Of a stretch of DNA of 64,000 nt, positions 31,701-40,973 are shown piece by piece; the stretch's first letter is position 1, and every line of letters begins with the position of its first letter. The stretch is from Candidatus Borrarchaeum weybense (GTDB lineage: Archaea; Asgardarchaeota; Sifarchaeia; Borrarchaeales; Borrarchaeaceae): contig JAHQJS010000004.1 of NCBI GenBank assembly GCA_019057385.1, forward strand, positions 32,001-96,000, written 5' to 3'. The position numbers and the translations under genes were made by a program. A model generated the notes under the pieces. It ran no database searches and was not told the DNA's origin. It saw only the letters and a list, made by a program, of their open reading frames with translations.

Positions 31701-32819
31701 TCGGTGTAAAACAGTGATGGCAGAATTATAGTCTCTCGCTAACACCAGCCCACAGTACGGACATCTGTGGATTCGTGTTGCTAGTGTTTTCGGTACCAGT
31801 TTTCCACACCTACTACACAGTTGTGTGGTGTTATAGGCACTCACATATTCTACCAGCGTACCAGCTTCCTCCGCTTTGTACTCGGTAAAACGCATGAGTT
31901 GCCCCCATCCTGCATCACTGATCGACTTGGCGAGATGATGGTTCTTCACCATGTTGGTGATCGTAAGTTTCTCATACACAATGAGGTCATAACTATTGAC
32001 CAGTTTTCGACTGAGCTTGTGATGAAAGTCCTTGCGCTGATTACGTATTTTTCGGTGTACCCGTGCCACCTTCATGTTCTGTTTGTGACGGTTACATGAG
32101 CCCTTAACTTTCCTGTCTTTCTTTCGCTGTTCAATGGCTAGTTTCTTCTCCGAGTGTCTCAACCAACGGGGGTTGTCTATTGTGTCTCCATTATTTAACG
32201 TTAACAAACTCTTCAGGCCAACATCCACACCTACTGCCTTCTGTATGTCTCTTTGAGACTCAGGATCAGGATTAGGGAGTGCTACTGAAAAACAGGCATA
32301 CCAGTGGTCGACATCGCGGTTAATGGTACAGGTCTTGATCTCACCTTCAGCAGGTATAGGTCGGTGGAGTATGATGGTAATACATCCGATTTTCGAGAGT
32401 CGGAGTTTCTTCTTTTGGTAATCGAGGACGAACCCACTTTGCGGGTAAGTGAAGGAATCATACCGATATTTCCCTTTAAAGCGTGGATATCCTGCCTTTT
32501 CACCCTTTTTAATGCGCCGAAAAAAGTTCTTGAAGATCTTATCCAGTCGTCTCAGCACATCTTGAAGTACTTGTGAGTGAACCGTTTTTAACAATGGATT
32601 GGCCTTTTTAGCGTCTTTTAGCTGGCTTGTTTGCTCACCATACGTAACTGATCGTTTCTGAGTTTCCCAGGCCTCTTTTCGCTCGGCAAGCGCGGTATTA
32701 TACAATAGACGACAGCTAATCAGCCATTGGGTGAAGGTCGCCTGTTGTGATGCAGTGGGATACAGGCGAAATTTGTAGGTGCGTTTCATCACAGGTCTTC
32801 CTCTGTTCCCTTGAGCCAT
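31638..32819 (-). CDS. tnpB: RNA-guided endonuclease TnpB
   Basis: YKFRLYP, GYPRFK, RuvC D (GVDVG), E (VYEKL), D (RDYNSA), CSRC/CPYC. Confidence 0.97.
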   Translation of the reverse strand: MAQGNRGRPVMKRTYKFRLYPTASQQATFTQWLISCRLLYNTALAERKEAWETQKRSVTYGEQTSQLKDAKKANPLLKTVHSQVLQDVLRRLDKIFKNFFRRIKKGEKAGYPRFKGKYRYDSFTYPQSGFVLDYQKKKLRLSKIGCITIILHRPIPAEGEIKTCTINRDVDHWYACFSVALPNPDPESQRDIQKAVGVDVGLKSLLTLNNGDTIDNPRWLRHSEKKLAIEQRKKDRKVKGSCNRHKQNMKVARVHRKIRNQRKDFHHKLSRKLVNSYDLIVYEKLTITNMVKNHHLAKSISDAGWGQLMRFTEYKAEEAGTLVEYVSAYNTTQLCSRCGKLVPKTLATRIHRCPYCGLVLARDYNSAITVLHRSTHYLEARSSSGQELPVEPG

Positions 32820-32847
32820 ATCACTAACTGTAGTATCCGCAAACCGC

Positions 32848-32855
32848 TATTTAAA
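32848..32855 (-). promoter_or_regulatory. Probable TATA box of tnpB (leaderless transcript)
   Basis: TTTAAATA ending about 29 nt upstream of the ATG at 32819. Confidence 0.45.
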
Positions 32856-33104
32856 CTGGGGGACACTGCCGTGAAAGTTAAACTGTAAAACAGCGTAATT
32901 CATCCCCCCAACAAGTTGGAGGGTCTTTTTGCGGAGACATTATAAAATTTTGAGAAGTTAGTAAATGGAAATATACATGATTGTCAATCATTTGACCGCA
33001 AGTATGATGCAAGAGTTAATGCTTTTAGGCAAATGAAGGCACATAGACAAAGATTTTTATTTCTTTAATTGAACTTTCAATGGCACCTAATTAGGTAGAA
33101 GAAA

Positions 33105-34652
33105 ATGCGGACAACGATGCGAATCTATTCTAGGTCATATCGCCAATCAAGTCGAGATGCTTTAATCCTTGTTACCCTATTCATTCTTGCTTTCATTCTC
33201 AGGCAACTTACAATCATCCGTCCATACGCGGATGTATGGGATATTTACTACTACCTAACTTTAGCCAGAAATATGACTACAGGCAATGGCTATACGATTA
33301 TGGGTGAAGATCTTGGGTATTATTTACCTGGCTATCCTGTAATAGTTGCTGTAATCTCATTATTTGTTGGAGACATTGAATTTTCAGCATTATTAATTTC
33401 TACAATAGTAGGAAGTTTGGCAATTCCTCTTACATTCCTGATGATAAAAACAGTAAGTAATGAAAAATTGGCACTAATTTCAAGTTCGCTAGTATTAATT
33501 AATCCCCAACATATAACCCATACGTCTAGAGCAATATCGGAAGCAACAGCGACTCTTTTAGCTGTCGTTTCAATATACTTACTTATCTTAGCAATAAGAG
33601 AAAAGTCAAACATAATGATGTGGCTTTGTGCATTTATTACAGGAGCTTTATTCTTAACGCGATACCCTAGTTTGCTTTTCTTCCCAATTATACTTGTGGT
33701 ATTGCTTCTTATGAGAAAATGGATATCATGGCCAAGTAAGACAATGTTTTTGGCTGTAATGATCGTTTTATTTTGTTTATCCAGCATTTGGTTTTTGCGA
33801 AATTATCTTATCTTTGGTAATCCGTTCCAAAGTGTATATGTTACCCAACAAGAATCTGGTGTTGCGCTTTTAGGAGGATACTTAGGAGTACTTAGGCGGA
33901 ATCTAATCTATTACTCAACTAAAGGCATTCCGTTCTATACACTCACACCTCTCGTGACAATTTTTTTCGTATATGGATTGCTAACATCAATTAGAAACTT
34001 GAAAATCAATGCGGTCTTTTATATTTGGCTAACTTTGGGATCCCTACATTTTATACTATGGGCGGGCAATCCTCAACCGCGATATCTGTGCACACTTGTT
34101 CCTGCGCTTTCTTTATTTACTGGATATGGTGTTTTCAATTTTTATCATTATATTGAAAATAAAACTCGGAATTTTAGATTTACTACTCTTAAAGAGGTTT
34201 TTATTCTAGCATTTATCCTTGGTACTTTCGTCAGTTCATATTACATCACGATTAATCATAATTATTTCTTAGAATTACAATACGATCGAATTGCATTTAG
34301 AAGAGCCGCGATATGGATAAACTCAAACACGCCAAGCGATTCCTTGATAGTTACGACAAAGCCAATGCTTTTTCACTACTATACCAACCGAACATGTGTT
34401 TATACAAGTACGTACTTTGAGCAACCTACTCTTTTTCCAGAAAAGCACATATACTATATTTTTGATAATTTAGATGGCAAAAAATTTGAGAACGAAATCA
34501 ATTGGGAACAATTCGTACGTAAATCTCTAGTAACTTTTGAACGGGTAACAAGAGACAATGTACTATATATTGGAGATTCCTTTCCATTTCTATATTCCAA
34601 ATCTCAAGAATACATACGCGTTGTTATCGTATATGAAATAAGTCTCAGGTGA
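33105..34652 (+). CDS. GT-C (PMT_2-like) membrane glycosyltransferase
   Basis: WDIYYY, LPGYP, INP, SE, TRY, WFLRN..FGNP, PRY. Confidence 0.85.
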   Translation: MRTTMRIYSRSYRQSSRDALILVTLFILAFILRQLTIIRPYADVWDIYYYLTLARNMTTGNGYTIMGEDLGYYLPGYPVIVAVISLFVGDIEFSALLISTIVGSLAIPLTFLMIKTVSNEKLALISSSLVLINPQHITHTSRAISEATATLLAVVSIYLLILAIREKSNIMMWLCAFITGALFLTRYPSLLFFPIILVVLLLMRKWISWPSKTMFLAVMIVLFCLSSIWFLRNYLIFGNPFQSVYVTQQESGVALLGGYLGVLRRNLIYYSTKGIPFYTLTPLVTIFFVYGLLTSIRNLKINAVFYIWLTLGSLHFILWAGNPQPRYLCTLVPALSLFTGYGVFNFYHYIENKTRNFRFTTLKEVFILAFILGTFVSSYYITINHNYFLELQYDRIAFRRAAIWINSNTPSDSLIVTTKPMLFHYYTNRTCVYTSTYFEQPTLFPEKHIYYIFDNLDGKKFENEINWEQFVRKSLVTFERVTRDNVLYIGDSFPFLYSKSQEYIRVVIVYEISLR

Positions 34653-34660
34653 AAAGAAAC

Positions 34661-35362
34661 TTAATGACCATGTTCCCCTATTAGAGGCACAAAAGAAACT
34701 CCGCCTCTTTTTTCTTTCGTTATTTTCCCCTCTAAATCTTTAGTCAGAAGTATCAATGTTTGAAAGAAATAAACTCCACCTATAGGTATGACTAGTTTGC
34801 CACCATTCTTCAATTGATCTATTAATGGCTCTGGTATCTTCGGACCTGCAGCCGTGACAAGAATTCTATCATAGGGGGCTTGCTCAGGGTATCCGAGTGT
34901 TCCATCTCCATGAATAACAGTAACTCTATCAGAAAATTTTGCCTGTTCGATATTTTTACGAGCGAATTCACTTAACTTCTTAACTCTCTCTATTGAAAAA
35001 ACATGCCCAGAGGTTTTTTCATCACTTGGAGCAACAATTTCTGCAATTAATGCTGCGTGATATCCTGAACCTGTACCTATTTCTAGTACCTTCATCCCGA
35101 TCTCTAGATCTAAGATTTCAGCCATAATCACACACATGTGAGGCGCTGAAATTGTTTGTCCATTACCAATCGGTAGCGGTGTATCATTATAGGCGTTATC
35201 TCTCAGTGAGTTTGGCAAAAATAATTCTCGAGGAACTTCTTTGAATGCACGAATCACCTTTTCTGTTTTGAGGGTTTTAGACGAAATAAAATGTCGTATA
35301 AGGCGCTCCTTTTTTTCTTCTAAAGTGCGAGTTCTTTTGTCAGTCATTATGCGATCACTCAA
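34661..35362 (-). CDS. pcm: Protein-L-isoaspartate O-methyltransferase
   Basis: GQTISAPHM, LEIGTGSGY, APYDRI, FVPL. Confidence 0.96.
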   Translation of the reverse strand: MSDRIMTDKRTRTLEEKKERLIRHFISSKTLKTEKVIRAFKEVPRELFLPNSLRDNAYNDTPLPIGNGQTISAPHMCVIMAEILDLEIGMKVLEIGTGSGYHAALIAEIVAPSDEKTSGHVFSIERVKKLSEFARKNIEQAKFSDRVTVIHGDGTLGYPEQAPYDRILVTAAGPKIPEPLIDQLKNGGKLVIPIGGVYFFQTLILLTKDLEGKITKEKRGGVSFVPLIGEHGH

Positions 35363-35481
35363 AAACCAAATATCTACGTTGGACTATTATACAACCTTAT
35401 ATTTAGACTTTAATATTTAAGAAAAGAACCAAAGAGAGCTCTAATTTTCTACGCAATTAAATAAAATGGGGTTAAATCAGA

Positions 35482-35907
35482 TTGCCACAAGTGATTGAGA
35501 AGATTGTAGCACGAGGTCATAAAAACATTCTTGCAACGCATAAAACCACATTTGAAATAACTCAAGAACAGGAAATCAGTACACGAGCCGATTGTATTAT
35601 TGCGGTTAATGCAAACATAGCCGCAATGGATTTAAAAGAAGATTTTAAGAGGCAAGCTAAAAAAACAGATGCAATTATAGAAGTTCTTATTGAAGTAGGT
35701 GGGTTGGTCGAACATATTACGGGCAAAGGGTCACCACAATTGACTCTTAGTCATTCAACAGATCTCGTAGGAAGAAAAAGTGCTTTTATTTCTGATAGAA
35801 CCTTTTTAATCAATTCTGACAAGGCTGCAATAGATTTAGATCGACGTCTGGTAGAGCAACTCAAAAAACCAGATACGGAAATTATAATCACGTTAAAGGT
35901 GAAATAA
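35482..35907 (+). CDS. DUF371 family protein
   Basis: ARGH.NI.ATH.TTFE, DCII, RKS.FI..RT. Confidence 0.88.
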   Translation: MPQVIEKIVARGHKNILATHKTTFEITQEQEISTRADCIIAVNANIAAMDLKEDFKRQAKKTDAIIEVLIEVGGLVEHITGKGSPQLTLSHSTDLVGRKSAFISDRTFLINSDKAAIDLDRRLVEQLKKPDTEIIITLKVK

Positions 35908-35915
35908 AGTAAAGA

Positions 35916-36983
35916 TCAATTGATTTTTAGATCAATAACCACTTGATAAGTATGGGGCGCAATTGGTCGAACGATTTTTTTTGTAAGTATCTTTTCAACT
36001 TGTCGTGAGAAACCCATTACTTGAGAAATTACGTTTTCTTCCATTGACTGTTCCAGTTCCTCTGATTTAAGAAAATCATAGAAATGAAGAATTCCTCCCT
36101 CTTTTTTGATGGCAGTACAAGCAACATCTACAAATTCATCAGCAGCTACTGGATGATTCATTATTACTCTATCAGCAATTCCGATAAGATTGTTTTTACT
36201 AACAACCTCTCTGGCGTCACCTACATAAGGGACCACTGTTCCCCGAAGTTTATTGAGGTTAATGTTTTTTACGAGATATTCTATAGCATTAGGATTAACA
36301 TCAATTGCATGTACATTTGAAACAACTTTACGAGCAATTAAAATAGAAAATGGCCCAATTCCACAAAACATATCGATTACAGTTTCGTGTGGCTTAACTA
36401 AAGAAGCAACTCTGTTATGTTCTGTGCTTAGGCGTGGACTAAAAAATGCTTTTGTAACATCTATTGCAAACCGACATCCATATTCTCGATGAATCGTTTC
36501 AGTTTGATTTTCTCCAGCAATAACCTCATATTTTCCTACTCGATATAGATCTTGTATAACGTCCTTTTTATCTAAAACGGTTTTAATATGTTTATGAGAC
36601 CTTAGTAATGCTTCTCCTATAGTACGTGAATGTTGTGATAACTCTGGAGGGATATCTAGGATCGCAATATCCCCTATCACATCATAACTATGAGGTACAA
36701 AAATAAGTTCATTTGGTTCCAGGACTCCCTCAAGAGTTTCAAGAAGATTCTTAGGCCCTTGATTTTTAACTTGGAAAACCTTTTCTCCGATAGAGAAATC
36801 TTTCACCAAAGAGGCAATTAATTCCTTCTCGCTATCTGACGGAAGTTTAGCCAAAGGAAAATAGATGTAATTTTCATCTTTTTCGATTTGTAGTTTCGCA
36901 TTGATAAGCGATTGACGTACCAATAGTTTTCTTACAGGTTCGCCCTCGGTTTTATGTATACAGAGATAATATGCTGTAGACAT
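35916..36983 (-). CDS. trm5: Trm5/Taw2-family tRNA methyltransferase
   Basis: YDVIGDIA, HREYG, FFSPRL, DMFCGIGPF, RVIMN. Confidence 0.88.
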   Translation of the reverse strand: MSTAYYLCIHKTEGEPVRKLLVRQSLINAKLQIEKDENYIYFPLAKLPSDSEKELIASLVKDFSIGEKVFQVKNQGPKNLLETLEGVLEPNELIFVPHSYDVIGDIAILDIPPELSQHSRTIGEALLRSHKHIKTVLDKKDVIQDLYRVGKYEVIAGENQTETIHREYGCRFAIDVTKAFFSPRLSTEHNRVASLVKPHETVIDMFCGIGPFSILIARKVVSNVHAIDVNPNAIEYLVKNINLNKLRGTVVPYVGDAREVVSKNNLIGIADRVIMNHPVAADEFVDVACTAIKKEGGILHFYDFLKSEELEQSMEENVISQVMGFSRQVEKILTKKIVRPIAPHTYQVVIDLKIN

Positions 36984-37025
36984 CAGATAACTCTCATTAA
37001 TTTGTAGTTATTGTGAAATAGAACA

Positions 37026-37895
37026 CTATTTCTTCTTCGCCTGGATGAAACAATTTGGACCAAATTTATTGAGGATTGGCAAAGAGTCAATTACGGAGGC
37101 AATTGCTTTGGCTAACGGATGCGCTTTTCGTATCACGTAACTCGAAGAGAAAAGGATAATCAAACCTAGTCTTTTAATGAAATGTTCAATCTCAATTATA
37201 TTTGACAAGTATACTAAATCATCCTTGTCGCCACAAGCGAAAGCAGGGTCTTTCGAAAGGCGTGGTTTTAAAACTAATGAAAAAGTGTGGTTTTTCAAAA
37301 GATTAAGTTGAAGATACATAATAAGAAACATAATTAGGCGTTTTAATTGATTCTTACTAACTATTGCACTAACAAATGCAATAAAAGCTGTTTTAAGATC
37401 GTTCCTTCCTTTCTCAACTCCCTTTTCTGATACCACAACAAATGGACTTGCAAAATTTGGAGTCTGAATTAGGACAGAACCTTCTCGTTCAGTTACCCTT
37501 GAGAGTTCTGAGATGCACGAACCAGGATTCGGAAGGTGTTCAAGTAATTCTTGACATTCTACGATTGTAAATGCATTATCCTTGAAAGGTAATCGTGTTG
37601 CATCTCCTATAAGAAATTCTACCTTGTGGTCAATTTGTTCAGAGATGGCCATTTTCTTTCCGAGGTAAATACCCGCTCGTGAAATATCTAAGCCAACTGA
37701 AAATATGCCTTCTGTTGCGACTTTTCTTACAATTACGCCACTGCCTGTACCTACGTCAAGAAACATACCATTTTTTGATTTTCTTATTAGAGATTTGAGC
37801 CCCGGGAAAAAGAGTTTACCTACCGTATCTTCTTCCTTTCGATGACGTTCTGCATTTTCAAAATACTTTTCATAGGTGGAATAATAGGTAAACAA
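37026..37895 (-). CDS. Class I SAM-dependent methyltransferase; possible CTG start at 37919
   Basis: LDVGTGSG, GDATRLPF, LEHL. GGAGGT lies 7 nt before an in-frame CTG. Confidence 0.85.
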   Translation of the reverse strand: MFTYYSTYEKYFENAERHRKEEDTVGKLFFPGLKSLIRKSKNGMFLDVGTGSGVIVRKVATEGIFSVGLDISRAGIYLGKKMAISEQIDHKVEFLIGDATRLPFKDNAFTIVECQELLEHLPNPGSCISELSRVTEREGSVLIQTPNFASPFVVVSEKGVEKGRNDLKTAFIAFVSAIVSKNQLKRLIMFLIMYLQLNLLKNHTFSLVLKPRLSKDPAFACGDKDDLVYLSNIIEIEHFIKRLGLIILFSSSYVIRKAHPLAKAIASVIDSLPILNKFGPNCFIQAKKK

Positions 37896-38018
37896 ACGCC
37901 TTCTCAGAGCTTTAGACAGCTAATTAACCTCCATTGCATCAAATAACAGAAAGTTACATACAAAACGTTTTTATAATTTTCAGCGATAATCTCCTTTTAT
38001 CTTATTAATTTGATTTAT

Positions 38019-38168
38019 GGGCCCGTAGCTCAGCTAGGTAGATCAACCAGATAGTTGAGGCCGACAGCGTCGGGCTCTTATACCTATTTCAGGTAGAGAC
38101 ACCCGATGGCCACGGGTTCAAATGATCCAACCGCAATGATGGATCTGAAAGTCCCGTCGGGCCCGCCA
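38019..38168 (+). tRNA. tRNA-Lys(CUU) with three introns (38042-38065, 38081-38100, 38123-38151); CCA encoded
   Basis: Removing the three inserts gives a 77-nt cloverleaf: GGGCCCG/CGGGCCC acceptor, GCTC/GAGC D stem, TCGGG-CTCTTAA-CCCGA anticodon arm, TTCAAAT T loop. Confidence 0.92.
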
Positions 38169-38181
38169 TTCTTTCAACAAA

Positions 38182-39366
38182 TTATTTGCGTTTTGGGTTT
38201 TTAGCCAAAACCTTTTCATAAATCTTAATATGCTTTTCAGATATTTTGTCAAGAGCATAAACTTCTTCGATTCTTTTCCTTGAATTCTTTCCAAATTGTT
38301 GAATTATTTCAGGTGATTTGACAAATTTTCTAAGCAGTAAAGACAGTTCTTTATTGTTGTTGGGATTGAATAAATAACCTGTCTCTCTATCAACAAGAAC
38401 CTCTTCGATTCCACCTACTTTAGACCCGATGATTGGTTTTCCACAAGCCATTGCTTCCAAAATTACAGAAGGTGAGGGATCAATTAAACTAGGTAATATA
38501 AGGGCATCACAAGCATTGTAAAACTCGGGCAAGCTTTCATATGGTATGTTTCCTAAAAATATTATAGAATCAGTCAAATTTAATGAGGAAATTAGTGTTT
38601 TCAAACTCCTTTCTTCGCTACCTTTTCCAATAATGAACAACTTAGCATTTAACCCACTTTGTAAAACGTATTTCATGGCATGAACGAGGCAGTGAATGCC
38701 TTTTGATTTTTCTAATCGCCCTACAAAAAGAAATTTGATTTCATCGTCTGAGAGGTATTTATTAAGTGCGTTACTTCTTCGTGGTGTAAAAAGACGAGTA
38801 TCAACCGAATGATAAAGAATATCGATAAACTTAGGTTCTGCACCTTGGTTGATTAAATATTCGCGTGATTTCGTTGTTTGTGCAATATATCTATCACATC
38901 CACGAACCACATTTTTTCCAATGAAGGTATTGGTTAGAGATCGAAGAAGTCTCCAACCAATATTCTCAATTGTATAGCCGTCGTAATGTTCAGTAAGAAT
39001 CATTGGGATACTGGTCCTAGTCCTTGAAAGAAACGAACAATAGAAAGTATTCAACTGATAATCTTCATGGAGATGTAAAATGTCAAAATCCTCAAATGAC
39101 AGCACTTTCGGGATCGATATTGGAAAATATGGTCTTAATTTGAATAGATAAGGCGTATGAATGATTTCTACACCCTCTAAATTCTTTTCATTTTTATGAG
39201 GGCAACAAAAAATTGTAAGTTTACAACCTCTTTCTACAAGCCCTTTACAAAGGGTGTGCGAACTTGGATGATCAAAGTACGGATAGACCATTAGAATCTT
39301 CAAATTTTTTTCACTTCTATTGAGTTTGTAATATTTTCTGAGTTCAGAAGTGAACCTAAAGAACAA
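38182..39366 (-). CDS. GT4 glycosyltransferase
   Basis: VGRL..KG, DPSPSVILEAMACG. Confidence 0.92.
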   Translation of the reverse strand: MFFRFTSELRKYYKLNRSEKNLKILMVYPYFDHPSSHTLCKGLVERGCKLTIFCCPHKNEKNLEGVEIIHTPYLFKLRPYFPISIPKVLSFEDFDILHLHEDYQLNTFYCSFLSRTRTSIPMILTEHYDGYTIENIGWRLLRSLTNTFIGKNVVRGCDRYIAQTTKSREYLINQGAEPKFIDILYHSVDTRLFTPRRSNALNKYLSDDEIKFLFVGRLEKSKGIHCLVHAMKYVLQSGLNAKLFIIGKGSEERSLKTLISSLNLTDSIIFLGNIPYESLPEFYNACDALILPSLIDPSPSVILEAMACGKPIIGSKVGGIEEVLVDRETGYLFNPNNNKELSLLLRKFVKSPEIIQQFGKNSRKRIEEVYALDKISEKHIKIYEKVLAKNPKRK

Positions 39367-39383
39367 AGTCTACTTACCTTTAT

Positions 39384-40871
39384 TCATTTCATACAATAAA
39401 TATGAATGGAAAAATCACTTTCATAGACTTTATTGAACTGTGTTGATGTATCAATTAATTCTATAGTGCCTTCCTCTAAACCGAAGGATTCCTGAAGCAG
39501 GAGATATGTAGCATTGTGTATTTGAGCACTATTTAGAATGCGAGAAAAATTCGCATCTGTACCTGAAAAAATGGTGTATCTTTTGGAAAGATATTCTACA
39601 TCATCTCTCCAGCCATCATTAAGTAATTTTATTGAATCTAGAGTGTATTGATCAATCCAAATGCAAGCATTTCCAACAATTTCGATATCAGATGACACCG
39701 TGTATGTTTTTTCATATATCGCATAAGTAGATGATGCGCAAATAAGAGAAAATAGAAAAGTAAGTAAATAAATTCTCCAAGAGTAGAGGATATGTGTTTT
39801 TTCACTGAAGAACAGTTTTAAAACGCCAAAAGCAAGGATTCCAGATAAGGCAGGGAGCATTGGCAAACTTAGTCTAATTCCTTGAATTTCCATATGATCG
39901 AGAAGATATACAATTACTATAGCCGTAAAAACAAATACAATTGTCATAAGAACAATATCAGAATCTTGGCGTCTTCGTAAGAGTTCAAAAAGCCCATATA
40001 AAAAAGTCAGGGACATTAAAATAGGCGTAATATACGAAATGATAGAACTATTTCTGCTAAGAACCCAAAAGTATGCTAGCAATCTTTCAGGCTGATTGAA
40101 AAAAATCAGGTATGATCTTTCAATGATAATGACTTCTAAAATATTTCTTTGTGAAGTAGATCCAAATAAGAATGCAGCAGGACCAAACGGGTTTCCATAT
40201 GCAATATATGGTCTTAAATACCAAAGGTTACCGACTAATAAGCCAATGACCATTGTTAAAAGCAAATTAAATACCTTAACATTCTTCTTCCTATAATAAA
40301 GGAAAAAAATAATCAACAGAATGAATGCTATGGTAAAACCAGTAGCTTTCGTGAGGATCGAAAGACCAAAACTCAATCCTGAAAGAATTAACATTTTATG
40401 ATTCTCATCAGATATACCTCTAAGAAAAAGAAAAACACAAAAAATTGTAAGGAACGTGATTGCAGTACTAACGTAACTTATTACACTAAAATACAAATGA
40501 AGGGGGATAATTGCAAGGAAAAACGTAGTGAGTAAAGCTATATCTGTCCTAAATAAATATCTAATAAATACAAATGCAATGAAAAGAGTCATGACCCCAA
40601 AAATGGGTGATAAGAACTTCATGATTAAAGCATTTGATGTAGTCTCATAGAGTTGTGCTGCAATTAAGTGAAAAAGCGGTGGATGCCAAAGGAATGGGTA
40701 GTGACGAAAGGTATCAGCTTGAGGAATATGTCCTAATATAACTATATTTTCTGCAATTGCTAAATGCCATGTAGCATCAGAACTCACTGGATGAATAATT
40801 GCAAAGTAGAATCGTAAAAGAGCGCCAAAAAAAATTATTAACATAAATGTCAGTTTTTCAGTGATTTTCAT
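39384..40871 (-). CDS. GT-C (PMT_2-like) membrane glycosyltransferase
   Basis: LRF..SSDA, HPPLFH, LTK, YGNP. Confidence 0.85.
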   Translation of the reverse strand: MKITEKLTFMLIIFFGALLRFYFAIIHPVSSDATWHLAIAENIVILGHIPQADTFRHYPFLWHPPLFHLIAAQLYETTSNALIMKFLSPIFGVMTLFIAFVFIRYLFRTDIALLTTFFLAIIPLHLYFSVISYVSTAITFLTIFCVFLFLRGISDENHKMLILSGLSFGLSILTKATGFTIAFILLIIFFLYYRKKNVKVFNLLLTMVIGLLVGNLWYLRPYIAYGNPFGPAAFLFGSTSQRNILEVIIIERSYLIFFNQPERLLAYFWVLSRNSSIISYITPILMSLTFLYGLFELLRRRQDSDIVLMTIVFVFTAIVIVYLLDHMEIQGIRLSLPMLPALSGILAFGVLKLFFSEKTHILYSWRIYLLTFLFSLICASSTYAIYEKTYTVSSDIEIVGNACIWIDQYTLDSIKLLNDGWRDDVEYLSKRYTIFSGTDANFSRILNSAQIHNATYLLLQESFGLEEGTIELIDTSTQFNKVYESDFSIHIYCMK

Positions 40872-40973
40872 TTGGATACGCCCTTTTAAGGATTAGATGT
40901 ATATTGCCATAAAATCTAGTTTCTCGATATACAATCTAGCTGATTTTTTTCAATACTTGTAGTAGTTGATGAA

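Larger units (their letters stand above)
31577..32941 (-). mobile_element. IS200/IS605-family element, tnpB only (IS1341-like)
   Basis: Right end ...GCCACCCTACTTGTAGGGTGGTAGTTCAC. Left end with hairpin CCCTCCAACTTGTTGGGGGG, preceded by TTTAT. No tnpA. Confidence 0.88.
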
